A DNA stretch of 63,799 nucleotides, counting the filler, from Octopus bimaculoides (lineage: Eukaryota), in the NCBI RefSeq assembly GCF_001194135.2. It is 5 parts of 4 records of this genome, joined end to end, with 100 filler letters (N's around TTAATTAATTAA, not from the genome) between each part and the next. Parts side by side here need not be neighbours in the genome. Positions count along the whole stretch, not along the records: positions 1 to 12,669 come from NC_068997.1; positions 12,770 to 25,432 come from NC_068988.1; 3 more parts are not named here. One strand, written 5' to 3'. Below are positions 10,166 to 23,399 of the stretch, one piece after another. A program made the position numbers and the translations under genes. Each line of letters opens with the position of its first letter. Position 1 is the stretch's first letter. Below the pieces are notes generated by a model. That model was not told the DNA's origin. It ran no database searches and was given only the letters and a program-made list of their open reading frames with translations.

Positions 10166-10310
10166 ACCCTCACTCTGCACTTAAGTAGAAGTAAACGCAA
10201 GGACAGAAACCGTTACCCTTCCTGCTCCACGTTCCTGGTCCCTCTACTCCCTGCGTCTACCCTCTCCATTGTATTGGCTGAAAATATTTTCGTCTTTTGT
10301 ACGGAAACAG

Positions 10311-10443
10311 GTTTATTGGAACAAAGATGGTTTCTTGAAACTGAAGTTGGCAGATTTTGGTTTGGCTATGGAAATAACAGAAGATATTTATACGGTGTGT
10401 GGCACTCCGACATATGTAGCACCAGAGATCCTTACACAAGAAG
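10311..10443 (+). CDS. DCLK3: DCLK3-like exon: [45 protein letters not shown] (DFG to APE)
   Basis: Acceptor cag at 10308-10310; DFG and the DCLK-type activation loop [14 protein letters not shown] are present; donor G|GTCAGT at 10443/10444 (phase 1). Confidence 0.93.
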
Positions 10444-10716
10444 GTCAGTAATGCCCTTATATGGGGCGGGGGTTGGATGAGGGGGGGACGGGACGACAGG
10501 GTAAAATTGTTGTTTGCATTTAATACACACTGATGTAACACGTACTTAACAATTTACGAATATGAGTGTGTGTGCGCATGTATACCTACATACATACACA
10601 CACAGGCATCTATTTAAACATACAATACACACACTGACATGTGTTTATACATACATGCACACACAGGCATGTATTTATACATACATGTACACACAGGTGT
10701 GTATTTATTCATGTAT

Positions 10717-10757
<41 letters not shown>

Positions 10758-11411
10758 CATGATGGGCTTCTTTCAGTTTCCGTCAAGTGATGGTGGTGGG
10801 GACAAACACAGAACATACACACACATGTATATATATATATATANNNNNNNNNNNNNNNNNNNNNNNNNNNNNNNNNNNNNNNNNNNNNNNNNNNNNNNNN
10901 NNNNNNNNNNNNNNNNNNNNNNNNNNNNNNNNNNNNNNNNNNNNNNNNNNNNNNNNNNNNNNNNNNNNNNNNNNNNNNNNNNNNNNNNNNNNNNNNNNNN
11001 NNNNNNNNNNNNNNNNNNNNNNNNNNNNNNNNNNNNNNNNNNNNNNNNNNNNNNNNNNNNNNNNNNNNNNNNNNNNNNNNNNNNNNNNNNNNNNNNNNNN
11101 NNNNNNNNNNNNNNNNNNNNNNNNNNNNNNNNNNNNNNNNNNNNNNNNNNNNNNNNNNNNNNNNNNNNNNNNNNNNNNNNNNNNNNNNNNNNNNNNNNNN
11201 NNNNNNNNNNNNNNNNNNNNNNNNNNNNNNNNNNNNNNNNNNNNNNNNNNNNNNNNNNNNNNNNNNNNNNNNNNNNNNNNNNNNNNNNNNNNNNNNNNNN
11301 NNNNNNNNNNNNNNNNNNNNNNNNNNNNNNNNNNNNNNNNNNNNNNNNNNNNNNNNNNNNNNNNNNNNNNNNNNNNNNNNNNNNNNNNNNNNNNNNNNNN
11401 NNNNNNNNNNN

Positions 11412-11434
11412 GTATTGGGATCAAATTTCGAAAT
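11412..11434 (+). CDS. DCLK3: 3' end of a DCLK3-like exon (...YWDQISK) whose body lies in the N gap 10844-11411
   Basis: TAT TGG GAT CAA ATT TCG AAA T|GTGAGT sits immediately after the gap. It matches the conserved PYWDxIS motif of CaMK/DCLK kinases, and its phase 1 fits the next exon. Confidence 0.85.
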
Positions 11435-11700
11435 GTGAGTAGCAGTTATATAATCAATTCTTGTTTATTACATTGGTACAAATCTAGGAATTAAGTGGGA
11501 AGGTGTTAATTATTCCTTAAATTGACCTCAGTGCTTGTCCAGGTATTTACATGAGTGATAATGCTTGTATTTAAATGCGTGTGATATTGGTCTTAATGAT
11601 CTCATATAATAAACGTTTAATCCATAATCATTAGTCTGACCAAATATATTTTGTCTCACCTATGGCTTTTTAAGGAACTAAAAAACAGTATTTAGAGGAC

Positions 11701-11900
11701 ACTAGCAGCTAAACCTGGTTTCACCCGGTCGGTTTGGATGATGTGGCTGTAAAACATGCTCTGTGTAAGCATTCGACTTATTTGGGTACGCTTACGTTAA
11801 AGAAGAATTTTAGAATGACATTTTTTCTGTCAAAACGCTAAAAATAACTGACCAATAAAAAAAACCAACCAAGATTCAACTAAATCAAAAAATAAACCTA
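11701..11900 (+). mobile_element. Possible Helitron-type non-autonomous element, 5' end
   Basis: ACTAGCAGCTAAACCTGGTTTCACCCGG resembles the ACTAG...ACCCGG.TTCGCCCGG 5' termini of such elements. The 3' end was not found. Confidence 0.35.
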
Positions 11901-12491
11901 AATACTAAGCGAACAAAGATGAACCACCCCACTTCTATTGCGCATGCACACGTACACACAAACACACTCATTCACATACCCCACCTTTTACATACACACA
12001 CATATATTCACACAGAGTTGAAACGCTGTTTGATTTATTTTTTTCAGCGTACAATTTTCATCATCCCACTACCAAGTATGACATCACCTCTTCCTTCCTT
12101 ATTCATCTATCACCCCTTCCTTTCTCATTCATAAACACAAGAGTATTATTATAGTAGATTATATAGACTAGTGAGGCTGATTGAGTTCCAGTGGGTGGCA
12201 GGATTGGGGAGAAAGGATTAGGTACATTAAGGCATGGTTCCAGAAACTATACACTGTGGATGAAAAGAGATTAGTAAATCAGGCAAGTTTGGACAGGAAT
12301 GATACAGAAGCTAGTAGCATGAAGTGGAGGAGACACAGGGAGTAGATTTAACATGTTAGTATTGTAGTTTGTTGGTGAAATAAACAATGTGTGAGTAATA
12401 GTGAGTGTGTGTGTGTGTGTCAGGTTGTTTTATTTCCTCAGACAGGTGAAACAGGGTTCTAACATGAATGTTTTCTCTCTGATCATTCCAG

Positions 12492-12669
12492 ATGCTAAAG
12501 GTCTCATTCGACATCTTCTAGTGGTCGACCGAAGACGGCGTTACACAGCTGTTGACGTACTCTGTCATCCGTGGATCCTTTGTGGTGGCAACATTACATG
12601 GATTCTCCATGGACAGGAGTTGGCCAACAACCAGAAAAGACTCCGTGAAAAGTTGAGCAGTGATGGAAG
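12492..12669 (+). CDS. DCLK3: DCLK3-like exon: (Y)AKGLIRHLLVVDRRRRYTAVDVLCHPWILCGG...EKLSSDG; cut off by scaffold spacer
   Basis: Acceptor ttccag ends at 12491. The spliced T+AT codon gives ISKYAKGLI, followed by subdomain XI RYTA...HPWI. No stop codon is seen before the N run at 12670. Confidence 0.9.
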
Positions 12670-12769
12670 NNNNNNNNNNNNNNNNNNNNNNNNNNNNNNN
12701 NNNNNNNNNNNNNTTAATTAATTAANNNNNNNNNNNNNNNNNNNNNNNNNNNNNNNNNNNNNNNNNNNN
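12670..12769. other. Artificial scaffold-join spacer (44 N + TTAATTAATTAA + 44 N)
   Basis: The exact 100-nt structure is repeated four times in the window, and the 12-mer gives stops in all six frames. Confidence 0.95.
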
Positions 12770-12934
12770 ATCGACCCCAGTACATATTCTTTGTAAGGCC
12801 AGTACTACTATCGGTCTCTTTTTGCGGAACCGCTAAGTGACGGGAACGTAAACACACCAACATCGGTCTGAGAATCGAAACAGCGATCCTATGACCGCGT
12901 ATCCGCTGCCCTAACCACTGGACCATTGCGCCTG
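12770..12934 (-). mobile_element. Chimeric SINE: family-D-like tRNA head joined to the family-A 3' half
   Basis: Minus strand GGCGCAATGGTCCAGTGGTTAGGG...GTTTCGATTCTCAGACCG runs directly into ATGTTGGTGTGTTTACG...GGGGTCGAT at ~12864. Confidence 0.65.
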
Positions 12935-14192
12935 CACCCCTTCTGCTAGAGCATCGGGCCAACCAAAGCCTTCTGAGTGGATTTTTTAAAAGAGAAAGTG
13001 AAAGAAAACCCTCGTATATATAAGTGCGCGCGCACGTGTGTGCGTGTGTCTGTCTGTCTGCGTCTCTATGGGCGTCTGTGTGTTTATATATTTGTTTTGC
13101 AAGATTCGTGTGTTGAAAGAAATGTTGTATTGGTAAAACTGTGCAATATATAATTGCTAAATGATATTAATACACCGATGCATATTGCGAGTGTTTTTCA
13201 ACATGATACGTTGCATTTGAATATAAGAATTTAATGTGCAGGGAATACTGTTTTATTCCAAATTAACCTACGTGCATCCGATGGATAATATTTGTTCATA
13301 ATGTATTATGTAAGAATTACATAACTAACCCACTCCTTTACGTCAAATTAACAGTCCATGACAAAGTGCTTGGATTTGTTTAACGTAATCACATGATTGT
13401 GGGAGTGAAATTTTGAATATAGCAAATTAACCAGTATTTTCTCAGTAACAACGATATTCAAATCAAACGTACGAATGTCCAACGTTATTGCCTATTATTG
13501 CTGCATCAACCAGGATTTCTCACACGTACTACATAACAATAAATTAGTATTCTGTTGACTATAAAAAAACTGACCAGACATTAGTAAAAGTAAACGGCTG
13601 AAATCAGAAAATCAATTCTACTAAAAACAGTAATGATAACAAAAAAAGCATAACAGTAAATCAGAATTAAGAATAACAATAATGAAACAGTTGCAAGTGA
13701 AACGCTGATGGTTGTAGTAAACAGTGAACTTTATGTATATTTAAAATCACACATAAGGACATACAAAGACACATACACAGACACAGACGCGCATACATAT
13801 ATATATAAAGACATACATACAAACGCGCATACATTCATATACTATGTACAGTAGTAAACTAAACTCTATGCTAAAAACAGACGGGATTACGACAAACGAC
13901 TCCATATTCGGCAGTAGAATCCATCTCTTTAAATGTACGCTCAAGAAATGTTACCAATATGATTGGCCAAGTGTTTGTAAATGTGTGTGTCTGTGTGTGT
14001 GTGTGTGTGCGTGTGTGTGTGTGTGTGTGTGTCCGTNNNNNNNNNNTGTGTGTGTGTGTGCGTGTGTGTGTGTGTGTGTGTGTCCGTGTGTGGTTGTGCT
14101 TTTGTTTGTTATCCATCATCGCTTCACAGTCGATGTTGGTGGGGAATCCCCAAAATTCACACAGATGAAATCTATGCTGGAACGAAAGATGT

Positions 14193-14226
<34 letters not shown>

Positions 14227-14660
14227 GATAAATATTGGAAATATTATGTTGTGTGTATAAGTGACAGTAACAACCTTCGTATTAGCGTTGCAATTGTAAC
14301 TTGTTCTCGTATATTTCCTAAGGGTTTAAATAACAGTGTAAACAAGCACAACCGAGTCACTGATAATATAAGCATAAAGAAGAGCAATAATTGTATTAAT
14401 GATATTTTTGGTAGAGACAAAATTAGGTGCTGCAAATGTTATATGAATAGCAAAAATACTCTACTTAACATTAACACTTATAAAAATATTACAAAAAAAT
14501 TAACGTATTATTTTAGATGCCCTTACATCTGCCCGGAACCTAATGGAATATAATAGTAGTCTCATTATAAAAGAAATAGTATATAAGTATATATTAACAT
14601 AAATTAAATTGCTTTACAATGTGTATACAAATGCTATCTAAATGTCTTTCAAAAACCAGT

Positions 14661-15130
14661 TACGAGGGTAGGCTGAATATTTCATAGGCCGAATATGAAT
14701 GAATGCCGCTTGAGCAGTGAAATCTGGCATGCATTTATTTCAATACTTCGTATTAATGAAAAAATGTCTTATTTGAGCTAAACTGGACATCTGACTGTTC
14801 AAACAATATAGCAAATATAACTTGTAGAGACTTCTATTGTAAATGGAGAGAGTTTCGCATCGTAGTGTTAAGAAGTAACTGCAGGAAAGGACATTACACT
14901 TGAAAGATATGCATGCTGACATGATTGCCACGTTAGGGTATAGCTTTATCATGAGAGGTAGCTGAATTGAGAAGAAGAAGAGAGAGTCTTGAAGATGAAC
15001 CAAGATCTGGACTTCCTGCAACTACCACTATCGATGAAAGCATTCATCGTGTTCACCACATGAAGATGGACGACAGGTGATTGACTATAAATCCAATGCT
15101 CTTTCCATACCTCTTGAGAGTATGGAGAAT
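14661..15130 (+). mobile_element. Degenerate mariner-type transposon, 5' part (left TIR and HTH region)
   Basis: Terminus TA|CGAGGGTAGGCTGAA. Broken translation gives KDMHADMIATLG and RRESLEDEPRSGLPATTTIDESIHRVHHM.MDDR.LTI, typical of the mariner transposase N-terminus. Confidence 0.75.
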
Positions 15131-15899
15131 ATCGTGCGCTATAGACGTGCCATAGCGAAGGTTTGTTCTCACGTCATCTCACGTCATCTTACACGTGATT
15201 CAAAGTGCATGAGGTTGGTCATATCACGGGAAAATTAGACACAGTTTAGGACAGAGCCACCTGGCTTAATTGAACAAATTTGAATTCAAGATCATTGTTG
15301 AAAATTCATGTAATAAAAAGCCCACTTCTCAGATGTTTCAATGAACTGCTTACATCCTTGCATGCAATCTTTTCACTTAGGTACTATTAGACTGAACACA
15401 AGTTTCCAAACAGAAAGGATTGAAAGTCAGCGAACGGCAATGATAGTGATTTTTATACTACTTACTTATACCTCAAATAAATTATTTGTATGTATATATA
15501 TCTTTGTTTTTATATAAAAAACAAAAGCCATCACTTTTTTACCTAGTGTGCATTTTCTGCCTTTCTTTGTACTTTTCCCCTACACACACACACACACACA
15601 CTATGCATGTGTATATATATATTTGTGTGTGTGTGTGTGTGTATATATATAGATAGATAAATAGATAGATAGATAGGTAGATAGATATAGGTCGGGCTGA
15701 CAAAAGTGTTGTGAGTGGATGTCGGACACGGAAACTGAAAGCAGACTGTGGTATATATGTGTATATTTGTGTGTGTGTGTGTTTGTGTGTGTCTCCAGAG
15801 AAACAAGAAGAGAAACTGTTTATATACTCAAAAAATGAAGCAGTTCCTCTATGGAGTTATAATTTGCATACCGAAAGTATTTAACACTTTATAAATAAC

Positions 15900-15939
<40 letters not shown>

Positions 15940-18900
15940 GTGTGCGCGCGCGTATGTTTGTGTACAAGTGTGTCTGCTTAGGTCCCTGTGTCTCTGTGCA
16001 TGTGACGTAAATAGAGATTAAATTTTCTTTGTACTCTAAAAATATCAACATATCATTTGCGACTGTGACATTATGGTTTTCATTACTATTAGTGTTTTAT
16101 TGTTTATTTTTTGATCGTTACCGTACTTGCTTTCTCACTTATGTCGTCTTTCGTAGGTCAGCTGGTGACTTTCACTCCTTTATTGTCAACTGAATAACAA
16201 TTTATTGTTCTGTAACGATTGGTATAATTTCTGGTTAGTAAAGCTGTTATAGATATTATACAGTGAAAAATGCTGTCCACACCCCGTCCAGTTTGTGTAT
16301 AACTTGTAACTGTCAAACAAATTCCTGAATGATTTGCTAGTATTTTAAGTAACTCCCCCACCAAGTATCTGCAATAATTGACATGAGCTTACTTGTCTGA
16401 ATATTTATTTTCACACGAACATGTTTTCACAATACATTCTGAATATTAGTCCCAACTCCTCAGCTTGATTTCTGTCATAGACACCTAGCGACTAAAGTGC
16501 GAAATATTCTCCACTGCGTTCATATATGACTGAAACGGAAATTTCATTGCTATTGCCCGTTTTCTTCCAAATTATAAATGATAGCATATTTAAAAATGGC
16601 AATTGTAAATCTAAAAATGAAAGTAACTTTCTTTGAGAATTACAAAGAAGAATATTAATACTTTCCGGGAAAACTCCAAAAGGCAGAACATTTTATACTG
16701 AACATACACATTTTAAAACGTTTCATTTGATAATAGAAAATGTGTGTTGTATTTAATTCATTATCATTTACATTTACATAGAATTTAAATCATGTGGAAA
16801 TGATTCTATAAGAATTGAATGAAGTTGCATCGGTATTAAACGCTGGCATTACATGTTAATCCATTCATCTAATTTAATGCCGGGCGAGTTTCCAATTATA
16901 CTGAAATTAAAGTAAACTTACCAAGCATGTCCCTCATTGTGTACTAGAGTAGAAATTTCAGTTAAATATAGTAATGGAATCCATCATTGTCTGTTATCAT
17001 TTACTTGTATTATTAATGAGTAATATGAGCAAATTTATTCATGCAAATATCATTACATATTTATGAGCATATAGAATCAATTGAATATAAAACATGTGAT
17101 TTATTTGCGGATGGGTTTCAATTGACTTATATGCAATTCTTCTTTACAATTAGTGATATCAAAAATGAATTTTCCTTTGAGCAAGAAAATTTTAAAAGAT
17201 TGTTAAGATAGCAAGGGAACATTAATTAATTTCCACTGCTTTGAGAAATAGATCACTCGTTATTTTCGTTGGAATTGTATGTTCCAGCAACTAAACTACC
17301 AACCACATGTATTTTAGCATAAACCAGAGAACATTCTAGAAAGAAAATTTGAAAAAGATATGGCATAAAAGTGTAACAAGAGTGGTCAATTTTATCACCA
17401 TTACAGTCCATGTTGCGAGTTTACACAATTTCCTGTTACCCGATGTACACAAACATATGCTTACTTGAGGTTATGGTAAGAGAAATACCTCATAATATAG
17501 AAATATAGATTTCATAATATATCTAATAAGATCGCTTTCAAACTCAATATATCTAATATTAGATCTAATATTAGATCACTTTCAACATCAATCGCTGTCG
17601 GATTTCTTTAAGTTTCCTCAGAGGTACTACGTCTTTTACACACCACCAATTATTTCTTTAGATTCTGGGCAGTCCTTATTCGTGTAATGACACAAAAACA
17701 AACAGAAAGGATTACAACAATAGTACCAACAACAATAACAACAAAATAAGGACGACATTTATGATATTGATAAAATAAACAATAAATCTATTTCAGTGAT
17801 AGTGGTAAAAAATAGAAATAAAATAAAATTTGACATAGCTTGGATTGAAGAAAGTGTGCCAATGGGGTAAAATAAAATAAACTTACATGGGATTCTGTTT
17901 CCTATCATACATCTCTCCGTATCATATACTATCTTTTTTTCGGCCCTAAAATCCATTTTGAATTTTTTATTTTTTATTTTTCTAGTTATGCACTTTCCAT
18001 AACAATACTTTATGTTGAATATTGTATAGCCTCTTCTGACTAATGTCGCCTCCTTGTAGCTATTACAAATGTTATATTATATTAATCGTCGCCCCACCCC
18101 AAATGTTAAAATAATTTTCTCCGAAGATAATGACTTGTTATAATCAGTACACATCACATTACAAATTCTGTTTTGAAGGAATGAATTTAACAATTTTTCT
18201 GAGAATTTTATATCAATTTCCTAGATTTTGGAGATAAATGCTTTTGCTTGAGTTTCCAAGAACATCATATTACTATCATTTTAATTACTTTGGGCCTTTA
18301 ATATGGCAATTACTGTGGGATTATAATTGACTCACATTTTTATAATTATTTTCACAATTTATGAAATCACAAAGCTAACTCGTTATTACTAAACATCAGC
18401 TTATTTGATTATAATCGACTTATACAAATTATTCTAAGTCTTTAACATCTAAAACGTATACCAATTTTCACAATCATTTTCATACAGTTGCTAAAAGTAA
18501 TAATTCTAATACGTTATTACGAATTACAGACATGAGACTAGTATATATGTGAGGATCTGAGGAAACTTGGAGAAATCCGGCAGCGGATAATCGCATTCTA
18601 TCCATGGAAATATCAACACGCAGCTATCGCTGTAGTTATTTCTGTAGTTATTGTAAATAGTAATCTAATGTAATGATATATAAATGTGATCTCAGCAAGT
18701 AAAAGCTGATGCCGGTGCACTATAAAATGCTTTGATTTACTATTAAAGTATGATATTTTCCAGCTTCCTGGTATATCATTCTTATATTTATCCGATGCAA
18801 TACTGGTGTTCGAAATTCTTATACAATCTTGGAACATACCCTGCAGTATGATGGCGTGTTGAAGCCAATAATGGTACAGGAGATTTGAAGTATACGTCAT

Positions 18901-19262
18901 GATGTTTTTCCCACATTACACATATTGCTGCTATTATGTTAAACTGTCCTATGTCCACATTTGCCCAAATACTACGTTTTCCACTATTTTCTTTATTTTG
19001 CTTGCAATAGCTGGTTCTTTTGGTCAAACTATCATATCTTCAGTTACTTCCGATGACGACATATCAAAAGTGTAGAACAACAGCTTTGCTAAGGAATCGT
19101 GAAACTCTTTTTTCGTTTACTGAAAAAGCAACGATTTTGATTTACGACACTTTTGCCTAATAACAGCAACACACACGCGCACGCACGCGCACGCACATGT
19201 GCACATATACATATCTATATACATATATATGCACATATACATACTTATATACATACATATAT

Positions 19263-19322
<60 letters not shown>

Positions 19323-20110
19323 ATATGTATGTGTGTATGTATTATATGCACAAACATACACACAAACACTCACACACATACTTAATTATATATTTGTTTC
19401 GTGATTTTCCAATATTTTTCTTGCATGTCGCTGTGCAGGACAGTTTTGAAAACCGATCAGTACGTGAAACAATATTTTTTTCTTCTAATACATAGAAAAA
19501 CATTACCTTTATTTCCCACCCAACAAAAAGTCAAAATTGAGCGCTAGGTTTTAGATTTCGGAAGTGTAGAACGACTAACAAAAAGCAATTTACCCAAGGT
19601 TTTACTGGTTCTGCCAGTTGACAGCTTTATGAAAGTATATTATGTGGTTTCTATGACATAACAATGTATTACTATATTTTCTTCGTTATAAATACCGTTT
19701 TTATATCTTTGTATCCAGGAGATTCTTTTACTTGAAATGTAGTTCACAATTACATCAGTTCTCCTTCCAAGCAAGTAAATTTTAGGGGCAATTTCTAAGA
19801 ATCTCTAAGATTACCCACAAAATATTACGAGAGCATCTTCATGCTGAAAGAAACTGCTCGTCATATGTCACAGAACTTTATTTTATTCTATATAGTTTTC
19901 ATCTCTTATACCGGTCATGCTACTAAATCTGCTTTCAGTGTTTCGTTGTTATAAATTAAGTTCTTATTCGATACCAAACTTCTTGTTGAACGTCTACATT
20001 AGAGACATCAATAAATTAATATTGGTCTGTTAGCAGTGTGAAATATACTCACACCGCACAAAGCAGCTAAAAAGCATGCGCTAACATACGCGCACACATT
20101 TATATGTACG

Positions 20111-20163
<53 letters not shown>

Positions 20164-20935
20164 CTCTCTCTCCCCATCTCTCTCTCTCTCTCTATATATA
20201 TATATTATATATATATACAGAGACAGAGAGAGAGAGAGAGAGGGAGAGAGAGAGAGAGGGAGTGAGAGAGAGCGGTATGCACACATACACACATACACAA
20301 ATACACACAGACATGCAAACATACGTACATATATACATACATGCCTAATACAAACACGCCAACTTTTTGTACACTATCCATTATTTTCCCTTGGTCTCCT
20401 TGACGTATAGCATTAGACACTGATATTGTTGCTCTTTTGGAATGAATGGCGAGTTATGCCTTCCCTTATTTCGTAAATAAAAGCTTTAATATTTAAAACT
20501 AGGGAGATGAAAACAAATGGAATTAAGCCAGCGATATTCTCATTTGTAATGTGTTTACTAAGGAATGTAATACTTCTTTCTATATCAATCTGAAAGATAA
20601 TGGTTAAAATATACTTCAGTTACCAACTACTCACTAAATTTTCGGTGAAATAGAAGATCTTAAATGTGGTTGTTTGTCTTATTCTGTGGAAATTATATTC
20701 TTGTTTAAGCTCACTCTCTGCTATATATTCTTTCGATGATTGGCAGTTCCGAAATTAAAGAAGATTGCCACGTGTTTGAGAGATTCTACAGAGGCTTACG
20801 TGCGAGCGTACATTCATACGTATATTCGTGTACACATGAACTGATGTGGCTTTCATACATAATTCAAATTGTATAGAAAAGAATGCTTAGTAAACGAACA
20901 GAAGTATATATATATATATACATAGACACACCCGA

Positions 20936-20980
<45 letters not shown>

Positions 20981-22553
20981 AGTATGTGTGTACACTCACA
21001 TGCACGTATACTAAACAGTTGGGCATTAATGATATTTTTTTTTAAACAACAGAGGAAACTTAACCTGAATCAGTTTATTTCAACATCTTTATACTATAAC
21101 TGAACATTCAGAGATGATAGATGTGCGCTCGTGAAATAAATATATGGGGAGTGGATTAAAACCAGGTTACTTTTCTGTCAGAATTTGAAAGTTTACCGTT
21201 TCCTAGCCAAACGCACAACGGTGTTAAGCAGTAAACAAACTAGCTCTATCATCTCCCATCAACTAAATCTTTTTTAATTGCACTGTCAGCAGCTGTTAGT
21301 TTATACACTCAGACATATACACAGTCATCCATACACACACAAACATCTGCACATACACCCTCTATAAATGCAGAGTAAATGTGACAGTCAGAGTGAGATT
21401 GAGAAAAAGAGAAAGAGAGGGGGAGAGTACGCAGAGATCAGCGTTTCAGCAATTCGTTGCGCAAATATGACGTTGTGTGTTCATTTCCACTGTGTCGGCT
21501 TACGAGTGGATCGCCATAATATATATTGTTGAAATGGCACGCAGGGTTTTTTGTGTATAAACCATTTGTATAGATTCCAAGAGTAATTAAAGTGTCCAGT
21601 GACAAACTTGTCTGTCTCTCTAATTCTCAGTAAAAACCATGTTATGGCAAAATTTGTCAGTGCAATACGCAGCAACTTTTTCCCTAATTCAATGAGTAAA
21701 CCATTGAAGTGAATCAACAGCTGCGCGTCAATGCATCATACACGAAGTATGTTAGTGCCCATGTAAGTATTTCTATAAATATTCGTCCCCATGCATAAGT
21801 GTGTTTGTGTGTCTGTGTCTGTAAGTACTTGCACAGGCATATTCATATGTGTACATGTATATGTATATGATATCGTCTCTTCGAGAATAATGTCTGAACA
21901 AAGGATTTCTAGAAGGATCTATTTACCTTTTGAAAATAGGTTTTAATGTATTATATTTCATGCAATCTCTCTTTCATATCACTCCTCTAATGAAAACCAC
22001 CGATAAGAACATAATGAGTAGAATACGCAATACTCACGGGCCTTCCAGGGAGGATGCTGGTGGACAAACAACTGGGAAATATGTAAACGTTCCATTCCAA
22101 CCTATAGGGAAACTTCTGGTCTCTAAGAACTGTGTAGAATAGGTATATAGATCCAGTTTACACCTGCAGATATGACTAACAGCTCGAGATTTTAGGGGAC
22201 AGGACTGCATGTTAGAGTTGTTCCAAAAACATCGTATCTTTAATTGTTCTTGACAGAAAACAAAAAAATTGAAATATCTTCCAAGATTTTACACATCTAA
22301 TTTCGCAAAGATAAACAAATGCACGACACATCTAAAATGGCCTTAAATATTAGCATTTGAAGCTGTTGCATACGCAACATGCAAAATAGCTGGATGGCAA
22401 ATTAACAGACCACGAAGAGCACTAGATTCATACTTGTTACAGACCGTTTATTTATACGTATGCAATTTTCTGATTGAGTGTGTTAATCTGTTTTTATCTA
22501 AGTATGTACATGTGTTTGTGTGTGTGAGTATATATATATATATATATATATAC

Positions 22554-22630
<77 letters not shown>

Positions 22631-22712
22631 TGTTTGTGTGCGTGTGTATGTGTATAAGTATATATGCACACCCCGCAGTCACAGTTGAAATTTAGAGATT
22701 ATGTGCTTTTTG

Positions 22713-22948
22713 TCAAACTTTTGTTTATATTACGCAGGATAATTTAAGATGTAACTTGTCACGAAGTCCCATCGTAAGAATGGCGGTGACGTCTGATTTG
22801 TCGAAGGGCGGAACATGCAGAAATTCAGAACGATTACATAGTCAGCAATTTATTGAAGTCATTTCTACCTACTACTATGTTATTATAGGAGACATAGCTA
22901 GACGCACTAGCAAAAACATACAGAAGCATATGTGTATGTATCTTTATA

Positions 22949-22983
<35 letters not shown>

Positions 22984-23277
22984 ACACACACACACACACA
23001 TATGTATATGATTAAAATTCATCAAACAACATACTAAATATGTGCACCTGCTGGAGATAACAGTCAAAGCACTTATTTAAATCGCCGAATTACACTGATA
23101 AGAACTACAGAAATCAAACTTTCGTTTATATTACGCGGGATGATTTACCATGTAACTTGTCAAGAAGCCTGAATGCAGGAATGGCCATGACGGCGGATTT
23201 GTAGAAGGGTAGACCACGCACAAGTTGAGAACGATTACATAGTCACCAATTCTATGAAGTTATTTCTACCTGCTACT
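22713..23277. repeat. Diverged ~165-bp direct repeat (22713-22876 and 23114-23277)
   Basis: TCAAACTTT.GTTTATATTACGC.GGAT...GAACGATTACATAGTCA.CAATT...ATTTCTACCT.CTACT occurs in both copies. Confidence 0.85.
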
Positions 23278-23399
23278 CTGATCTGTATTGAAATTGTATG
23301 TATAATAAAATAAGGAAGGAAGATGTACACACTTTACATAGTTTTTATATAACTTTTAATACATCTTATATTGTGATTTTTTACCGGTTGCGCTTTCGC

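Noticed and set aside
12431-12454. Alternative acceptors upstream of the last visible kinase exon (AG ending at 12441, 12445, 12454)
   Set aside because: All give a stop within a few codons, and there is no transcript evidence for regulated use.
12714-12725. TTAATTAATTAA as a biological motif or restriction site
   Set aside because: Always centred in exactly 44 + 44 N, so it is an assembly linker.
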